A stretch of DNA of 64,000 nt, from NCBI GenBank assembly GCA_047495785.1, contig JBLDXI010000032.1, positions 868,001-932,000 of the forward strand, in the 5' to 3' direction. The position numbers and the translations under genes are program-made. Under the pieces are notes generated by a model that worked only from the letters and a program-made list of their open reading frames with translations, had not been told where the DNA came from and did not search any database. The DNA comes from Lepidodermella squamata. Its lineage: Eukaryota > Animalia > Gastrotricha. This document shows, piece after piece, positions 24,925-37,006 of this stretch (position 1 is its first letter; each line of letters begins with the position of its first letter).

Positions 24925-26312
24925 GGTACTGTTTATTCCTTAACGTGTAAATCATACCTCAAAAAAATTTGGTATAGTTATAGATATCAATGAATTCCAT
25001 CCTTTCATCAAAAAACTGTTTCGATGCGATGTACAGTTGCTGAGATATCGCGCATCTAAGTTTCGAAAATGTGCGCGTGTTCAAAGCCTAGCGAGTCAGA
25101 TAAAGCGGGTACCTTGCTGCGCCACTCGGACCTTGTCCAACGATAGCGCGCGCTGATAAAGGATAACAGGCAGTGCTCACTCCATCGCTATTTACAAACA
25201 AGAGCGATGTGATCATTTGATGATGGCGTATAGCTCTACACTCCGAATACTTTCACCCCGATTCCTTTCACCCCCGCATCGTGTGAGAAATGAGGATGAT
25301 TAGACGGTAGCCCACGAATTACGTTCATAGGTCACAGCGCCTGGATTGGGTACATAGTTGTCGATGGCTCACGATCATCGTCTCTTTCTTCGGGCAGAGC
25401 TCCAAAAAGACGGTAATATAGTAATTAAATTACGAGACAGATTCAGAGGCTCAGCTGATAGGGTAACAAGATTTGATGAGTTTCCTGCGATTTGTCTCGC
25501 TAATCTCACGTATTTTGATTGTTGGGGGGTCGCTGGGCCATTTAGATCCTAATTTTGTAGGAAAATTCTTTTAGCCCATTCAAATTGCCTGTAATCTACG
25601 CGAGTAAGGAGTCAAAATGACAGCCATGTCATGTTTTTGTAATGGAAGGCAAGAGACAGTTTCTAAAATTGTCTGACCGGTTACGAGACAGAAAACCACT
25701 TTTTGGAGCACTGTCTTCGGGTTTCACACCATGAGGAACGGGACCTCCATATACGACAAACGAAAGCGAGAGCCGAGGTCACGTGTCCCAAAAATTTGAA
25801 TATTGCGCAGCAAAGTCGTGACCTTTAAATAATATTTAGATAACTTAATCAACTGAAAGATTTGTTATCACCAAATACAAAAAACTCGAATATGAATTTT
25901 TCAAACAAGCCGCGCTGCAAGTCAAAGGCCGATCTCGATGCCGGTCACCTGCCAGAAAGCGGCATGTCACATGACCTAAGCCCATGTCATGCCAGGAGTT
26001 CCCACGTCAATCTAGCGTCATCGCTTAGTGCTCTTTGTGATCTAATCGGCATCTTCGAATTTAAACTGCTCTTTTGGCTATTGGTGTAACTAAACGCGGT
26101 TGTTTTCGGTGGTTGTAAGCCATCAGCTGATGGCCGAAGGCCGAGTCTGATCTTCTGGTCTTAGTTGTTCATTTTCTACTCTGATTGCGAACTGCATATT
26201 TTTGATGGCAGCCAAGATCGTTACTTTTTTCTCAGATTCTGTATTCTGTAATATTATCGCTACACTTCCTTGCCGCTAGGATTCATCTTGAAAGTTGAAA
26301 ATAGCAGTTTTC

Positions 26313-28085
26313 ATGGTTGGCAGGAGGCCAGTTTTGTCTATTTGCTACCGCAATGCCTCCGCCCTGGCCACGCTGAAAAATCGGGGTGCAATAACTAAAG
26401 TCATCCCTGGAGATTTGTAAGTTAACAGTGAACGTTAAGTTCCATTTATCTTTATTTGTCATACCAGCGAGCCAGAAGTTGATCGATTGTTTTCTTCGCC
26501 GCAATGCTTTTATTGTGGCTTCGACCCTACTGCGGTCAGTAAAAACTGTTGCTGACATTTCATGTCAATTCTACTATGGCATTTCCCCTCAGGATAGTCT
26601 TCACGTTGGACATCTTGCTCCTATAATGCTTTTGTTTCGTTTGCAACGTTCTGGTCACAAGCCTATTGCGCTGGTAGGTTCCCACGAGGACTTTTCGTTT
26701 ATTTACTGTGTATACCGATAGATAGGAGGTGCCACTGCTTTGATCGGAGATCCCACAGGTCGAACCACTGGTCGCAATCCTCTATCTTTACTTACTGTGG
26801 CTGACAATGTAAAGTCACTACGTCAACAAATTGAGAAGCTTGAGCAAAATCACGCCGAGTACTTTTGCAATTTTTCCAGTACGATCCCCAAGCTGAAGTA
26901 TTATCAAACCCGCTTTCTAAACAAATTGCTGATATTAGTTTGTCGACGGCAGGGTTGTCGATAATCTAGAGTGGTACCAAGAGAAGAAAGCGCTGGATTT
27001 TCTAGTTGAAACAAAAGGCTTAGTCAACATGGCTGATCTTTTGAAGAAGGACAGGTAATATTATTGCGAGTAGATTGGTCAACTTAGTGAGTTTTGATTA
27101 GTGTAAAAGAACGTCTTCAAACTGGTCAGACGTTGTCATTTGCCGAGTTCTCATACCAAATATTCCAAGGCTTCGATTGGCTTCATCTGTTCAAGAAATA
27201 TCGCTGCATTTTGCAAGTGAGCATATAATAGTTGCTTGAGTTTCTGAATATAATTATCTGAATGCCAGGTCGGTGGTCATGATCAACTTGGTAACATTAT
27301 GACAGGTTACGAAATGGTTAAAAGAGCAACTGGGACTCGCGTTTTTGGTTTGAGAGATATATTTGCTGCGAAATGGTCTAATCTACTTGTTTTACATCAG
27401 GTGTGACGGTTCCGTTGGTGAAATCTTCAACAGGCGATAAATTGGGCAAAACGGCTGGAAATGCCATTTGGCTCGACGCAAACAAAACATCCCCATTCGA
27501 ACTATTCCAATACTTTTTCCGACTCCCCGATGCTGATATGCCCACGATGCTTCGCGTTTTCACATTCATGTCCGAGTCTGAAATCGACGATTTGTTGAGT
27601 GAACATAAGGTTTTGTCTTTAACATAGCGTTACCAATGTTTGAGGTTGGTTTATGTGTTCAGAGGCAACCAGAACTGCGAAAAGCTCAACGCCATTTGGC
27701 GAAATATATTACGAAGTTGATTCATGGTGCTGCTGGAGTTGATTCTGCCGTCACTTGTAGTGAAGTGTTATATTCAGGCTCCGCATCGGCCCTAGCGTCG
27801 TTATCAGCCGCCGAAATTTTGCGGCTATTCAACGGAGTTCCGCTTGTTGAACTGCAATTATCACCTGAAATGACTGTGTTAGAACTCGCGACCCGAGCCG
27901 GTTGTTTTGCCGACGCTAATATTGCCGAAAAGTCTATTCGAGATGGTGGTTTTTCGATAAACCATAGAAAGGCTATCAACCCTAATCAATGTCTCATCGC
28001 GGGTGAACACATTTTACTCGGTAACAACATGTCCCTGCTTCGTGTGGGGAAGAAAAATTTCTATCTAGTCTCTTGGCGTTCATGA
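26313..28085 (+). CDS. YARS2: Mitochondrial tyrosyl-tRNA synthetase (many short introns)
   Basis: Arg-rich transit-like start [14 protein letters not shown]; FYCGFDPTA|DSLHVGH (HIGH); [13 protein letters not shown]; [17 protein letters not shown]; Q|[10 protein letters not shown]; [12 protein letters not shown] (KMSKS); [10 protein letters not shown]; C-terminal S4 domain ending [12 protein letters not shown]. Confidence 0.95.
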
Positions 28086-28132
28086 ACTAAAATAGATAAC
28101 GAAATTTGAATTTATTATAGATTTTTATTAAA

Positions 28133-30094
28133 ATGGATCACGTGGAACATGTGACCGGAGAAGCTGCGGCGACTTTGCCGTATACGATTGTTTTACACGC
28201 GATGACTCGAATTATGACTTTTGTCCTCAATTCCGCCCTAATTCGAATGGTTAGCCATGAAGCGCTTGGTCTAGCTAATGTTCGATTAATGCTTCTATAC
28301 TCGACCATATCTTCGATAGTTAAAGAGCCGTTTCGTCGAGCTCTACCGGCCGGAGAGTCGCAAATTGAGAATGAATCGCGGAAAATTAACCAAAAAAGTT
28401 GGGCGATAGTCCGGACAAACTGGTTATGTCCTGCTCTGGCCATAATTGTCGGTCTCCCGTTAACTTTTGTTTGGCTATACTTGCTAGAGGAGCCGCCTGA
28501 AGTTTATAAAGGAACTTACTTTATTTCCACAATCTTGTTCGGATTGGCTGCTATAGCCGAGGCGGTGGGTGAACCAGCTAGCACCGCCGCCCATCTCGCC
28601 TCAGATTTTCGGCTGAAAATTAAGGCGGAGGGAGTTTCAGTCGGAGCAAGGACTGTTCTTACCGTTGCCCTTGTTTGGTTTTGGGCCCCTGATGCGAATG
28701 GCCAACAGAGCTGTGCCGGTTGTGAGTTGTACGGGTTTGCCCTGGCTCAATTTTTATCCTCGGTAATTTATTCCGGTTGGCTGTGGCTATCAGCCATGCC
28801 TTTATTTCGGTCTGAAATGAGAGCCTCAAAGGAAAAATCGGACGAATCTTTCTTCGAACCTGGATATCTACGCCTCATCGGGTCCTTCTTAGCTCACTCG
28901 GTTATTAAACAGCTGCTTACTGAGGGAGAGCGCTATGTTATGACTATAACTGGTTTGTTGAATTTCGCGCAACAAGGCGTTTACGATGTTGTCAATAATC
29001 TCGGATCTCTGGTCGCTCGGTTGGTTTTCCTGCCGTTGGAAGATACGTCCTACCTGGTCTTCTGCCAAATGCTGGATCGCAAGCACAAATCTAATATCGC
29101 AGAACTGCCCAGCAAGGTAAATTTTAGTAAATTCTCGAGTAGATTATTGGTTGGTTGGTTGACAATTTCGAAGCCGGGTTTTTTATGGAAAATTCGCGAA
29201 AAAATCCAAAACAAGCTAAATATTTTGTAAATTGAGGGAAATTCAAACCCTGGAAATTTTGATTTGGTGTGACTCTTTGTAAAATTTGAAATTTTAGTCG
29301 ATTGTCCTGATCACTCGAACGCTTTCAACTACCATAAAAGCATCTCTCCTAGTCGCATTTGGTTGTGCAGTTTTCGGCTGGATGTACAGCGATATTGTTT
29401 TGATCGCCTATGCCGGCCAATCTTTCGTAAACGATTCAGAAGCCATTCCACTCCTTCAATTATTCTGCGTCTACACGATATTCCTCGCATCAAATGGCAT
29501 CACGGAAGCATTCGTCATGGCTGGAATGTCGCAGGTTGACCTCGATTGGCACAATCTTTTCGATATTGGAGTCTCAGGTAATAACCAAAACTATATCAAA
29601 AGAATCCTCCTTAAACATGATATTTACGAGCAAAATATTTTTTTGAAAAATTCCTCCTTAATTGTTGCAATTTTACAGTTTTGTACACTGGCGCGACTGT
29701 TTTTCTCGCAAATCGTTTCGGATCTGTGGGTTTCATATACGCGAATATGTTCAACATGTTCTGCCGAATCGGCCATTCCGTTCATTGGATCGATCATTTC
29801 TACGCTAATTCCAATTTCACGCCACTCCGGTCTTCTATTCCATCTATGACGGTTATCGCAAGCTTAGCCGGTTTTTTCGCTGTTGGAACGGCCTTAAACA
29901 GCATTTTCCCGGCGATTCTCACGCGATTTGCCTGCGGTGGTGTTCTAGGACTCATGGCGTTGGGCGTTTACTACGTAATCGAGAAGGCTGATTTGCGTTT
30001 TATTTACGAAATGGTCGCTAACAAAAAGAGCAAAGCTCAGGAAGATGAGGACGAAAAAACTGAAAAATCTGCTGAAAAAGACAGAGACCTGTGA
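28133..30094 (+). CDS. RFT1: Man5GlcNAc2-PP-dolichol translocation protein RFT1; exons 28133-29116, 29298-29577, 29679-30094
   Basis: RIMTFVLN..IRMVSHEALGLANVRLMLLYSTI...KEPFRRA; SVIKQLLTEGERYVM; QQGVYDVVNNLGSLVARLVFLPLED; FLASNGITEAF; GSVGFIYANMFNMFCRI are RFT1 hallmark motifs. Confidence 0.95.
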
Positions 30095-30401
30095 TTATTT
30101 GAAAAAGAGTATCTTCATTCATGTCCAAACGATCTTTCTCGCGAATTTCACTTGTATCATAACATGCATTGAAAATATATTTATTGGGATTGTGTATTAA
30201 TGATTATATTAAAACTCCCAGAGAGTGGGTTATCACTTTGAAAAATCCATGTAGCTATTGTAATAATTTTTTGTGGTGACATTTCGCCATGATTAATATT
30301 TATTTACTTGTTTACCATTGGGAAATCCTAATGAAAAAAATCACAATTTTTAACTGATGGTTAGGGATTTTTATTATATATGAAATAGCTCGAAGTTTTG
30401 C

Positions 30402-33400
30402 ATGCTGTTCACCGGCGAGAACAGCTTGTTGCCTATGATCTTGAAATACGCTCAACCGATTCTCAGATGCTGCTGCTGTCCATTGCTCCTGGTTTCTCGC
30501 TGCCTTCGATCTGTAACTCGCTTGTATGCTAAATTATTTCGGCCGTCTTTCCTAGTCGCCTTGGTACTGGTTACACTAGTATGGGGCGAATGGTTTGTCT
30601 ACTGGCGCGCGACTTCGGACTGGTACACGCAGATTTCGCTACATGACGAGCAGAACGCGGCAAATAATTCGATCAGAATTTTGTTCGTCAGCGATCCTCA
30701 ACTTGTAGGGTGAGTAACATTTTGCATTTTGCATATTGAAGTGCTTAGCAAGCATAACGAGCAAAATTGTCTATGTAGAGGAACTCGAATTTCACCAAGT
30801 CTTGTGGTTTCCAAATTTTTGGAAAATAATAAAAAACAGCAAAATTATGAATTTGAAAGCCAAAAATAGTATGTGCCTGGCCTTCAGTATAGGTTAAGAC
30901 GCCGTCCAGTACGGAAAGTCTAGGGCCGCGCTTTTTGAATACCATCGCAAATTGTGAGCGAACATGCTTTGGGTGATGATTTTATTGAGGTATGTCAATA
31001 CGCCGACGAATCGTCTTCATCCTAGTAAGTCACCCCATCAAGAACTAGGCCCCGGAGAGTGTTCGGAGAGTTGATTCTTAGCTCCACATCTGAAGTGTGG
31101 GTAGGAAAACGTCGTGTCCATGCTTTTAGTTTTATTTTGCTCCATATACATGATGCACATATGTATGTATCTATCACATAGATACTAGTTAATTATATGT
31201 AACAGTCATATATTGGACGATCAGGAGCTAGGGACACTTATGCGCCCTGTCCTTTGAAACCAGACGTGATTGATCCCATTTAGTCGACTGTCTTTCTGCA
31301 ATGTCGACGTCACGGATAGATCGGCCGCCGAAGTTGAAATCGTCCGCGAATGTGCATGTCTCTGGAGGTCTGCAGTTGGCTATAAGCTTGGTCGAGGCCA
31401 AACTAACTACCTGAAACTACGATTTGTTGCTCGGACACAGCTGTTTAGATAATAATGGCTTGAATGTTCCAAAGTTTTCATTTACCAATAATAACACCCG
31501 TCGTACACTTCATCAATTTCATTTCAATCGTTTCATATAAAACATTCAATGATAATGGTTATGAACTGTTAAATTGTTTATGATATACAAATTTCTTGGT
31601 GGCTTCCATTAGCAACGATGTTCGGTTCAGATGGCGGTTCAGTAGGTAATCACTCATTTTTACGCTGAGATATCGTTGTCGAAGAAGTTCATCTTTTTCG
31701 GGCTCGATTAGGAGAGCCGATGATTTTGTGGAATTTCCTGAAGCTGGTGACACGATTAAGCAGAGTCAAGTCCTTGATTTTAGACTTCGCGGCATTAACT
31801 GTTACTGCTACTGAGCAGAATTTACTGGTTAAGCTGTTGCAGAATCACTAGAATTGCTGATGCCTTCATGATCGTCGTAGTTGCTAAACGAGCAGCGAGA
31901 TGTAGCAGGAGGCAGCCATATAGATAGTTTGAGAAATCGTTTAGCAGCAATCAAGTGGCAACAGGTCATCCAAAATGATGCTGGGATTCCACTCGAGCAA
32001 GTTTCATCGTGCATATTAACGGAATAAGCCTTACAGCCATTTGGATTCTTGACGTCATTAATCTCATCGTGCCACGACCAATTCTCGATTTTCAGAAAGC
32101 TCTTGTTCTTTTTTCAGTGGTTTTTCAAAGCGAAGTCAGTATGTTTTGCAAACAGAATACCCCGGGAAGGCTGGGTCAGCTACGGCTGTCATTGAAATAA
32201 CGCCCTTGCGCAGCTCGACCTCGACGATTAATTGATCAGTCATTTCCATTGTGAAGTCTAAAAAATATGTAAAACCTATATTCCGCGGCTCTACTGTATT
32301 GATTATGCTAGACGGGCATCCTCAGCTTCCTCATCCGGGCCAACGCGAGAAAATAGCATAAGTTTCATACAAATATTGTAAAGAAGTTCTAATATGTTGG
32401 GGCAAATATTGCCGCTTGCTAGGATTGCTATCGAGCAATATTTTTGTTTGACGTTCAACTTCGAGACAATAATGATCATAATCCGAAATAAATTATGTCA
32501 AACAATTCCTTAAGTTTGGAATCTGTAGAGAAAAACTGCTCCAGCCAATAACTGTTTCTTAATAACCATGATCGTCAAACATGCACAAGACCGAAAGATA
32601 TCATTGCATTTGAGTAACTTGGTTATAGATTTTATAAGCTGTTGCTAACATACAGCAAGTCTCGGCTTTTCTTATGTGTCCAAATCTCGTGATAATTTCC
32701 GTCGACAATAACAAACAAGATTCTTACTGATCTTTAAGCCGGCCGCTGTAGTTTTGACAGAGAAACCAATCGGACCGAGGTTCTTCAATTGAGGCAATTG
32801 AGGTTTCTAATTAGTGGGATTTGAAAGAAAATTTGAAAAATGTTAAATTTTGTTCTCTTGACGTTTTTAGTGACGTGAATGAACCACCGTACGTTGGAGT
32901 ATTCACCCGCTGGGACGCTGACCGATTCCTGCGAAAGACATTCACGCCAGCGTTCGAAATCGCGCGACCCCACGTTGTGATATTCCTCGGCGATCTACTC
33001 GACGAGGGCGGCATAGCCAGCAACGAATCCCTCGCGCGTTACGGCCGTCGATTCGAGTCGATTTTCAGCCCGAGACGCAATAAGCTCAAAACTTCAACCG
33101 ATTCAAGTCAAAACGCGCACAAGGCGGAATTCGTGGCGTATTGGGGCGATAATGACATTCAGATGCAGGACGAATTGATCTTGGAGTGGTACGCTAGATA
33201 TCGGAGAAGAATCCTGTTAGAAGCTCTGTCACTCGGGCTCGATTTTTTGGACGTTGCCCCTTGTCGGCAGTTATTAGGCGGGTCGATTTTATTACGGCAC
33301 TACGACCCGTTGTTGACTAATCCGAAAAATTCCCTCGACCAGGGTTGCTCAGATGAAAGTTACTTCCACCCAGCTCGCATTATGATGGATCAGTTACCGG

Positions 33401-35636
33401 CGAGTGAGGCGAAAAAATTCGATAAAATCAAAGACTTTGACAGTGGTGGTAAGACGTTGTTCAAAATGTTGATCTCGCACTATCCGATGATTGGGCCTTG
33501 GGTCAACGCGGAAGTGGATTTTCCGACGCAAGGTGCTATTCGCAATTTTGCGCCGCAGATGGTTGTTGCCGGGCATACGCATGGTTCGGTCATGATGTGG
33601 TGCAATAATTGTCTAGATCCTGGGGATGATTCATTCGTGCCTGCCTATGGGTAAGTAATCTCACTTTTCAATCAACAACCTTCGTTTGGGGCGAGTTGGG
33701 CAGTGAAAAAATTACCCCCTGATTTTATTGCATTTTACACGTTTCCAAGGGTCCTGATTACGAAAATGCATGCAGGTTTGGGGCGAATTGGACATTTTGC
33801 CTCGTGCATTAGGCCTGTGGGTAATTTCTAGAAAAAATTCCAAGTCACTTTACCGTATTTAAACCATCATAGCGTTGCCTGCTTCACATGGTAACTTGAA
33901 TACAGCTGCAGAAATTCCGTTATTCATTGCAAAACATGTTCATATCAGGCATGTTATTATATTGCCAACTATCTCATCAAAATCTCTCAATATCACAACC
34001 ATCGGCCTGAAAAAATATAAAGCCAGTTTAATGTCAACAGCAAGGACGAAAGACAGTTATTGTTGTCGAAAGCGGTAGAGTAACCCATTTATACAGTCAA
34101 TTTTAATTTGAGGCGGAGAGCCCCCTGCTCGTGCGAAATTGTTTCTTACTGCGGTAACACACATAGATTGGAAGCATTGTTCCATCGGCTGCTCCGCAAA
34201 ACATCAACGAAATGCTGCCTTTCGATGCATTAATCAACTCGAAGTGTTTAGTGTTTCTTCGAAAACGAACGTTTTCTTGACAGGATCGTCGGTGACGTTC
34301 TTTTCGTCGAAATTTAAAACGTACCAGCAAGCATCAGCACCAGCAAGGTTTGACTCGAGATTTTCGTTAAATCCATTCCAGCGGTTATCCCGGTTTCCCG
34401 ACCCTAAAAGCTAGGTAGGAAGCTCCAGTGACTGACTTTTCGTAAAAATACGGACCAATAACTCGATCGCCCCATATACCGCACCATACCATCACCGATT
34501 CTGCGGCTGCATCGTTAATGTCCGTGTAGTTGTTTTGTGGATTTGTCCGTGTAATTCCGTCTATTCACTAGCCCATTGGTTCGAAACATGGCCTCATCTC
34601 TGACCAAAATATTCTGCAGAAACTCACCCAGCTCGTCTTCTCAGTAACAACATCCAGTAACAAAAATTTAGCCACCGCTGATAATCATCAGGGTCCAATC
34701 TTAAGTTGATCACACAGGGTGGAAATTATCGTGATTTCAGCGCAAATCGGAGCAGGTTGACAAGATTTTCGTCCGTTAGTTTCGAACGGTTTGTAGTTTT
34801 GATTAGAGCAAGAGTGGAAAAAACCCACTTCAAAAATCCACGTAGATCCGATAGCGACCAAAGCCTTAATGGCATCAATCAAAGAGTTTTAAAATGTGAA
34901 AAACCTTTCCTATAAAACTGGAAAAATTGATAAAAAGTTGAGAACTGACACGTTCCGCCCAGGGAGAGGTGTCGGATTTTGCACCACGGCGCGTTGACCT
35001 CGACGAGCTCGCCCGCAGGATCTTCGCGTCCATAAGCTAACACCGAATTCGTCCTGGTAGAAGTACTGATTGTTAACGCGGAAAGCGCTAAATCAGTTTG
35101 CGTATGCGATTCGGTTTACGATGACGTCAGGCCGGTTCCTGTCTGCTGGGCAGCCAGCATTGCTTTGAATTGTCGATGATCAAGCTTGCTCTCACCACGA
35201 ATTTCGAAGGATGTAGCCTCGAAGCTTGAAAGAAAACGTAGTGCCTTGGATAACTCTTCGTCCTTTACAGACCGTTTTTTTACAAATTTTCTCCATTTTC
35301 AGTTATCAACCTGTGACCTATGGCGATAAACCCTACGTACTGCCCCTCCCGCATCCGGGCAAAAACGACGCGCCCCAGCCGCACATTGTCGTTCCAACAT
35401 GCAGTTACCGCATGGGCGTGCCTGAGACTGGCTACGGTGTTGTGACGCTCAACGCAGCCGAGCATACTATGACGTATTCCGTGTTCTGGAACCCGCATCG
35501 ATACGTCGTTCTCGGTGTCTACGTCTGCATTTTGATACTGGTCGGCCTGCGCCTGATAGCTGCGCTGTTTTTGGCGTATGAAAACGGCTATTTTACCGAT
35601 TTTATGTCTGTGAAAAAACGACTCTATAATCCGTGA
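30402..35636 (+). CDS. MPPE1: Metallophosphoesterase 1-like (MPPE1/PGAP5/Cdc1 family) membrane protein; exons 30402-30709, 32871-33650, 35303-35636
   Basis: N-terminal TM; ILFVSDPQLVG, RWDADRFLRKTF, PHVVIFLGDLLDEG, GDNDI, LISHYP, AGHTH, VPTCSYRMG; C-terminal TM. Calcineurin-like motif order. Orthology within the MPPE1/Cdc1-like paralogs is uncertain. Confidence 0.85.
33685..34620 (-). mobile_element. Degraded pogo-family (DDE_1) transposon in MPPE1-like intron 2
   Basis: Frameshifted VLNFDEKNVTDDPVKK and INASKGSISLMFCGAADGTMLPIYVCYRS match the NxDETN..DDP and ISxMFCGxAxGxxLPxYV motifs of pogo-like transposases. TIR-like TTGGGGCGA(G/A)TTGG(G/A)CA occurs at ~33687 and ~33778. Confidence 0.75.
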
Positions 35637-35867
35637 ATTTTTATTATAATGTTATGACACATAATTTCTACTGCGATCTTACTTCTTATATACAATGAGA
35701 TTTTCATTTATTCTACCTCTGCTGATTGTTCCTCCACGGTGTTGCAAACACGGAAATAAAAAGCATGTGAACTGTTTGACAAATTTTCGTGTTTTTTGGC
35801 TCCTTCAAGTTCATGGGGCATTTTCGTGTGTCGAATAACAAACAAAACGATTCCAGAGATGCCGATG

Positions 35868-37006
35868 TACCGTAACGGTCCCTAACTTTGGACAAAACAC
35901 ATTTTTTAATTTTTAAAAATTAACCTTTCGCCTGAAAAATTGGGAGAAAAATGCGAAACCTCGGGGCGAAGATTCTGGATCGACAGGTAAATGTTGAGAA
36001 ATTTCGGAGCTCACCTTGATTTTTAAGAAATAGATTAAGAAACCTCTAAATTTGGACAGAAGGGCCCAAATTTGGACACCTCATTTGCATATGCTAATTA
36101 GAACTTACGCTAATTGTATTTCATGTTGCGCAATTTTTCTCTTTTTTTTGAAAAGCGATTTTGCCAACGATTTTAGACTAGAATAATGCTACTACCGATT
36201 TTAATCAATTATCGTCAAAACTAATGCAGATAAACGCTATACATCCGGCTTTAATACCTTTAAAGGACCATGATTTTTCTGAGAACCATGATAAACCGGG
36301 TAAAAATGTCTCTTGCTTGAAAAGTAGACAGAGTAATATCAATCAGGGGTTAAACCACGGTTTGAGTGAGTAATAAAGTTTCTTTATCCCTGAATCCTAC
36401 CTGAATCTATCGGAGGGGGATTTTCATTTGTCAGAACCATTATCATGCTCTCTAGCCAGAATGATGAAGCAGCGTAATGTGCTAAGTTGCACAACCTGGC
36501 AGGCCGCAGACTAGGTTTCGTGCTTTAGCTAAAATTTCAAGGTTCCAGCAATGTATAGCCATCCTTTTTAAAAACTCACCAAAAGCATACGTTTCATTTG
36601 CATATGCATACAGAAAAAAATAGCATTAAAAGCGTCCAAATTTAGAGGCAAAATTCAATTTCACCTGTATCGAAATTGGCTCGTTTATCCGCCGAGATTT
36701 TTTTACAGTATTTAGTTCAGGTAAAACCATGTGAGCAAAACAATTTTCAGCCCCAACCGTTCACAGGTGAGCGTTTGGCAAGGGGGGTCCCAAAACACAT
36801 TTCTGAGTGATCGAGCGTCGGCGATTTTTCCCAAATCGATGGTATATGGAAGTATTGCCAAATTTGGTACCGATGGAAAGCCCAAAAGGCGAGCTATTTT
36901 TCAGTGCGATTTGCCTCTTTGTATCAGTTGTGCACAAACAGATATTCAAGGCCAAAGCTCAGAGCGTCCACATTTAGGGTGTCCAAATTTAGGGCGCGTT
37001 ACGGTA
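35868..37006. mobile_element. ~1.14-kb MITE with ~25-bp TIRs and TA target duplication (Tc1/mariner-pogo type)
   Basis: Left TA|CCGTAACGGTCCCTAACTTTGGACA; right end reverse-complemented TA|CCGTAACGCGCCCTAAATTTGGACA. Internal AAATTTGGAC copies at ~36048, ~36067, ~36635. Confidence 0.8.

Noticed and set aside
31250-32250. Possible degraded F-box/LRR-like pseudogene in MPPE1-like intron 1
   Set aside because: Only vague leucine periodicity across many stops; cannot be supported by eye.
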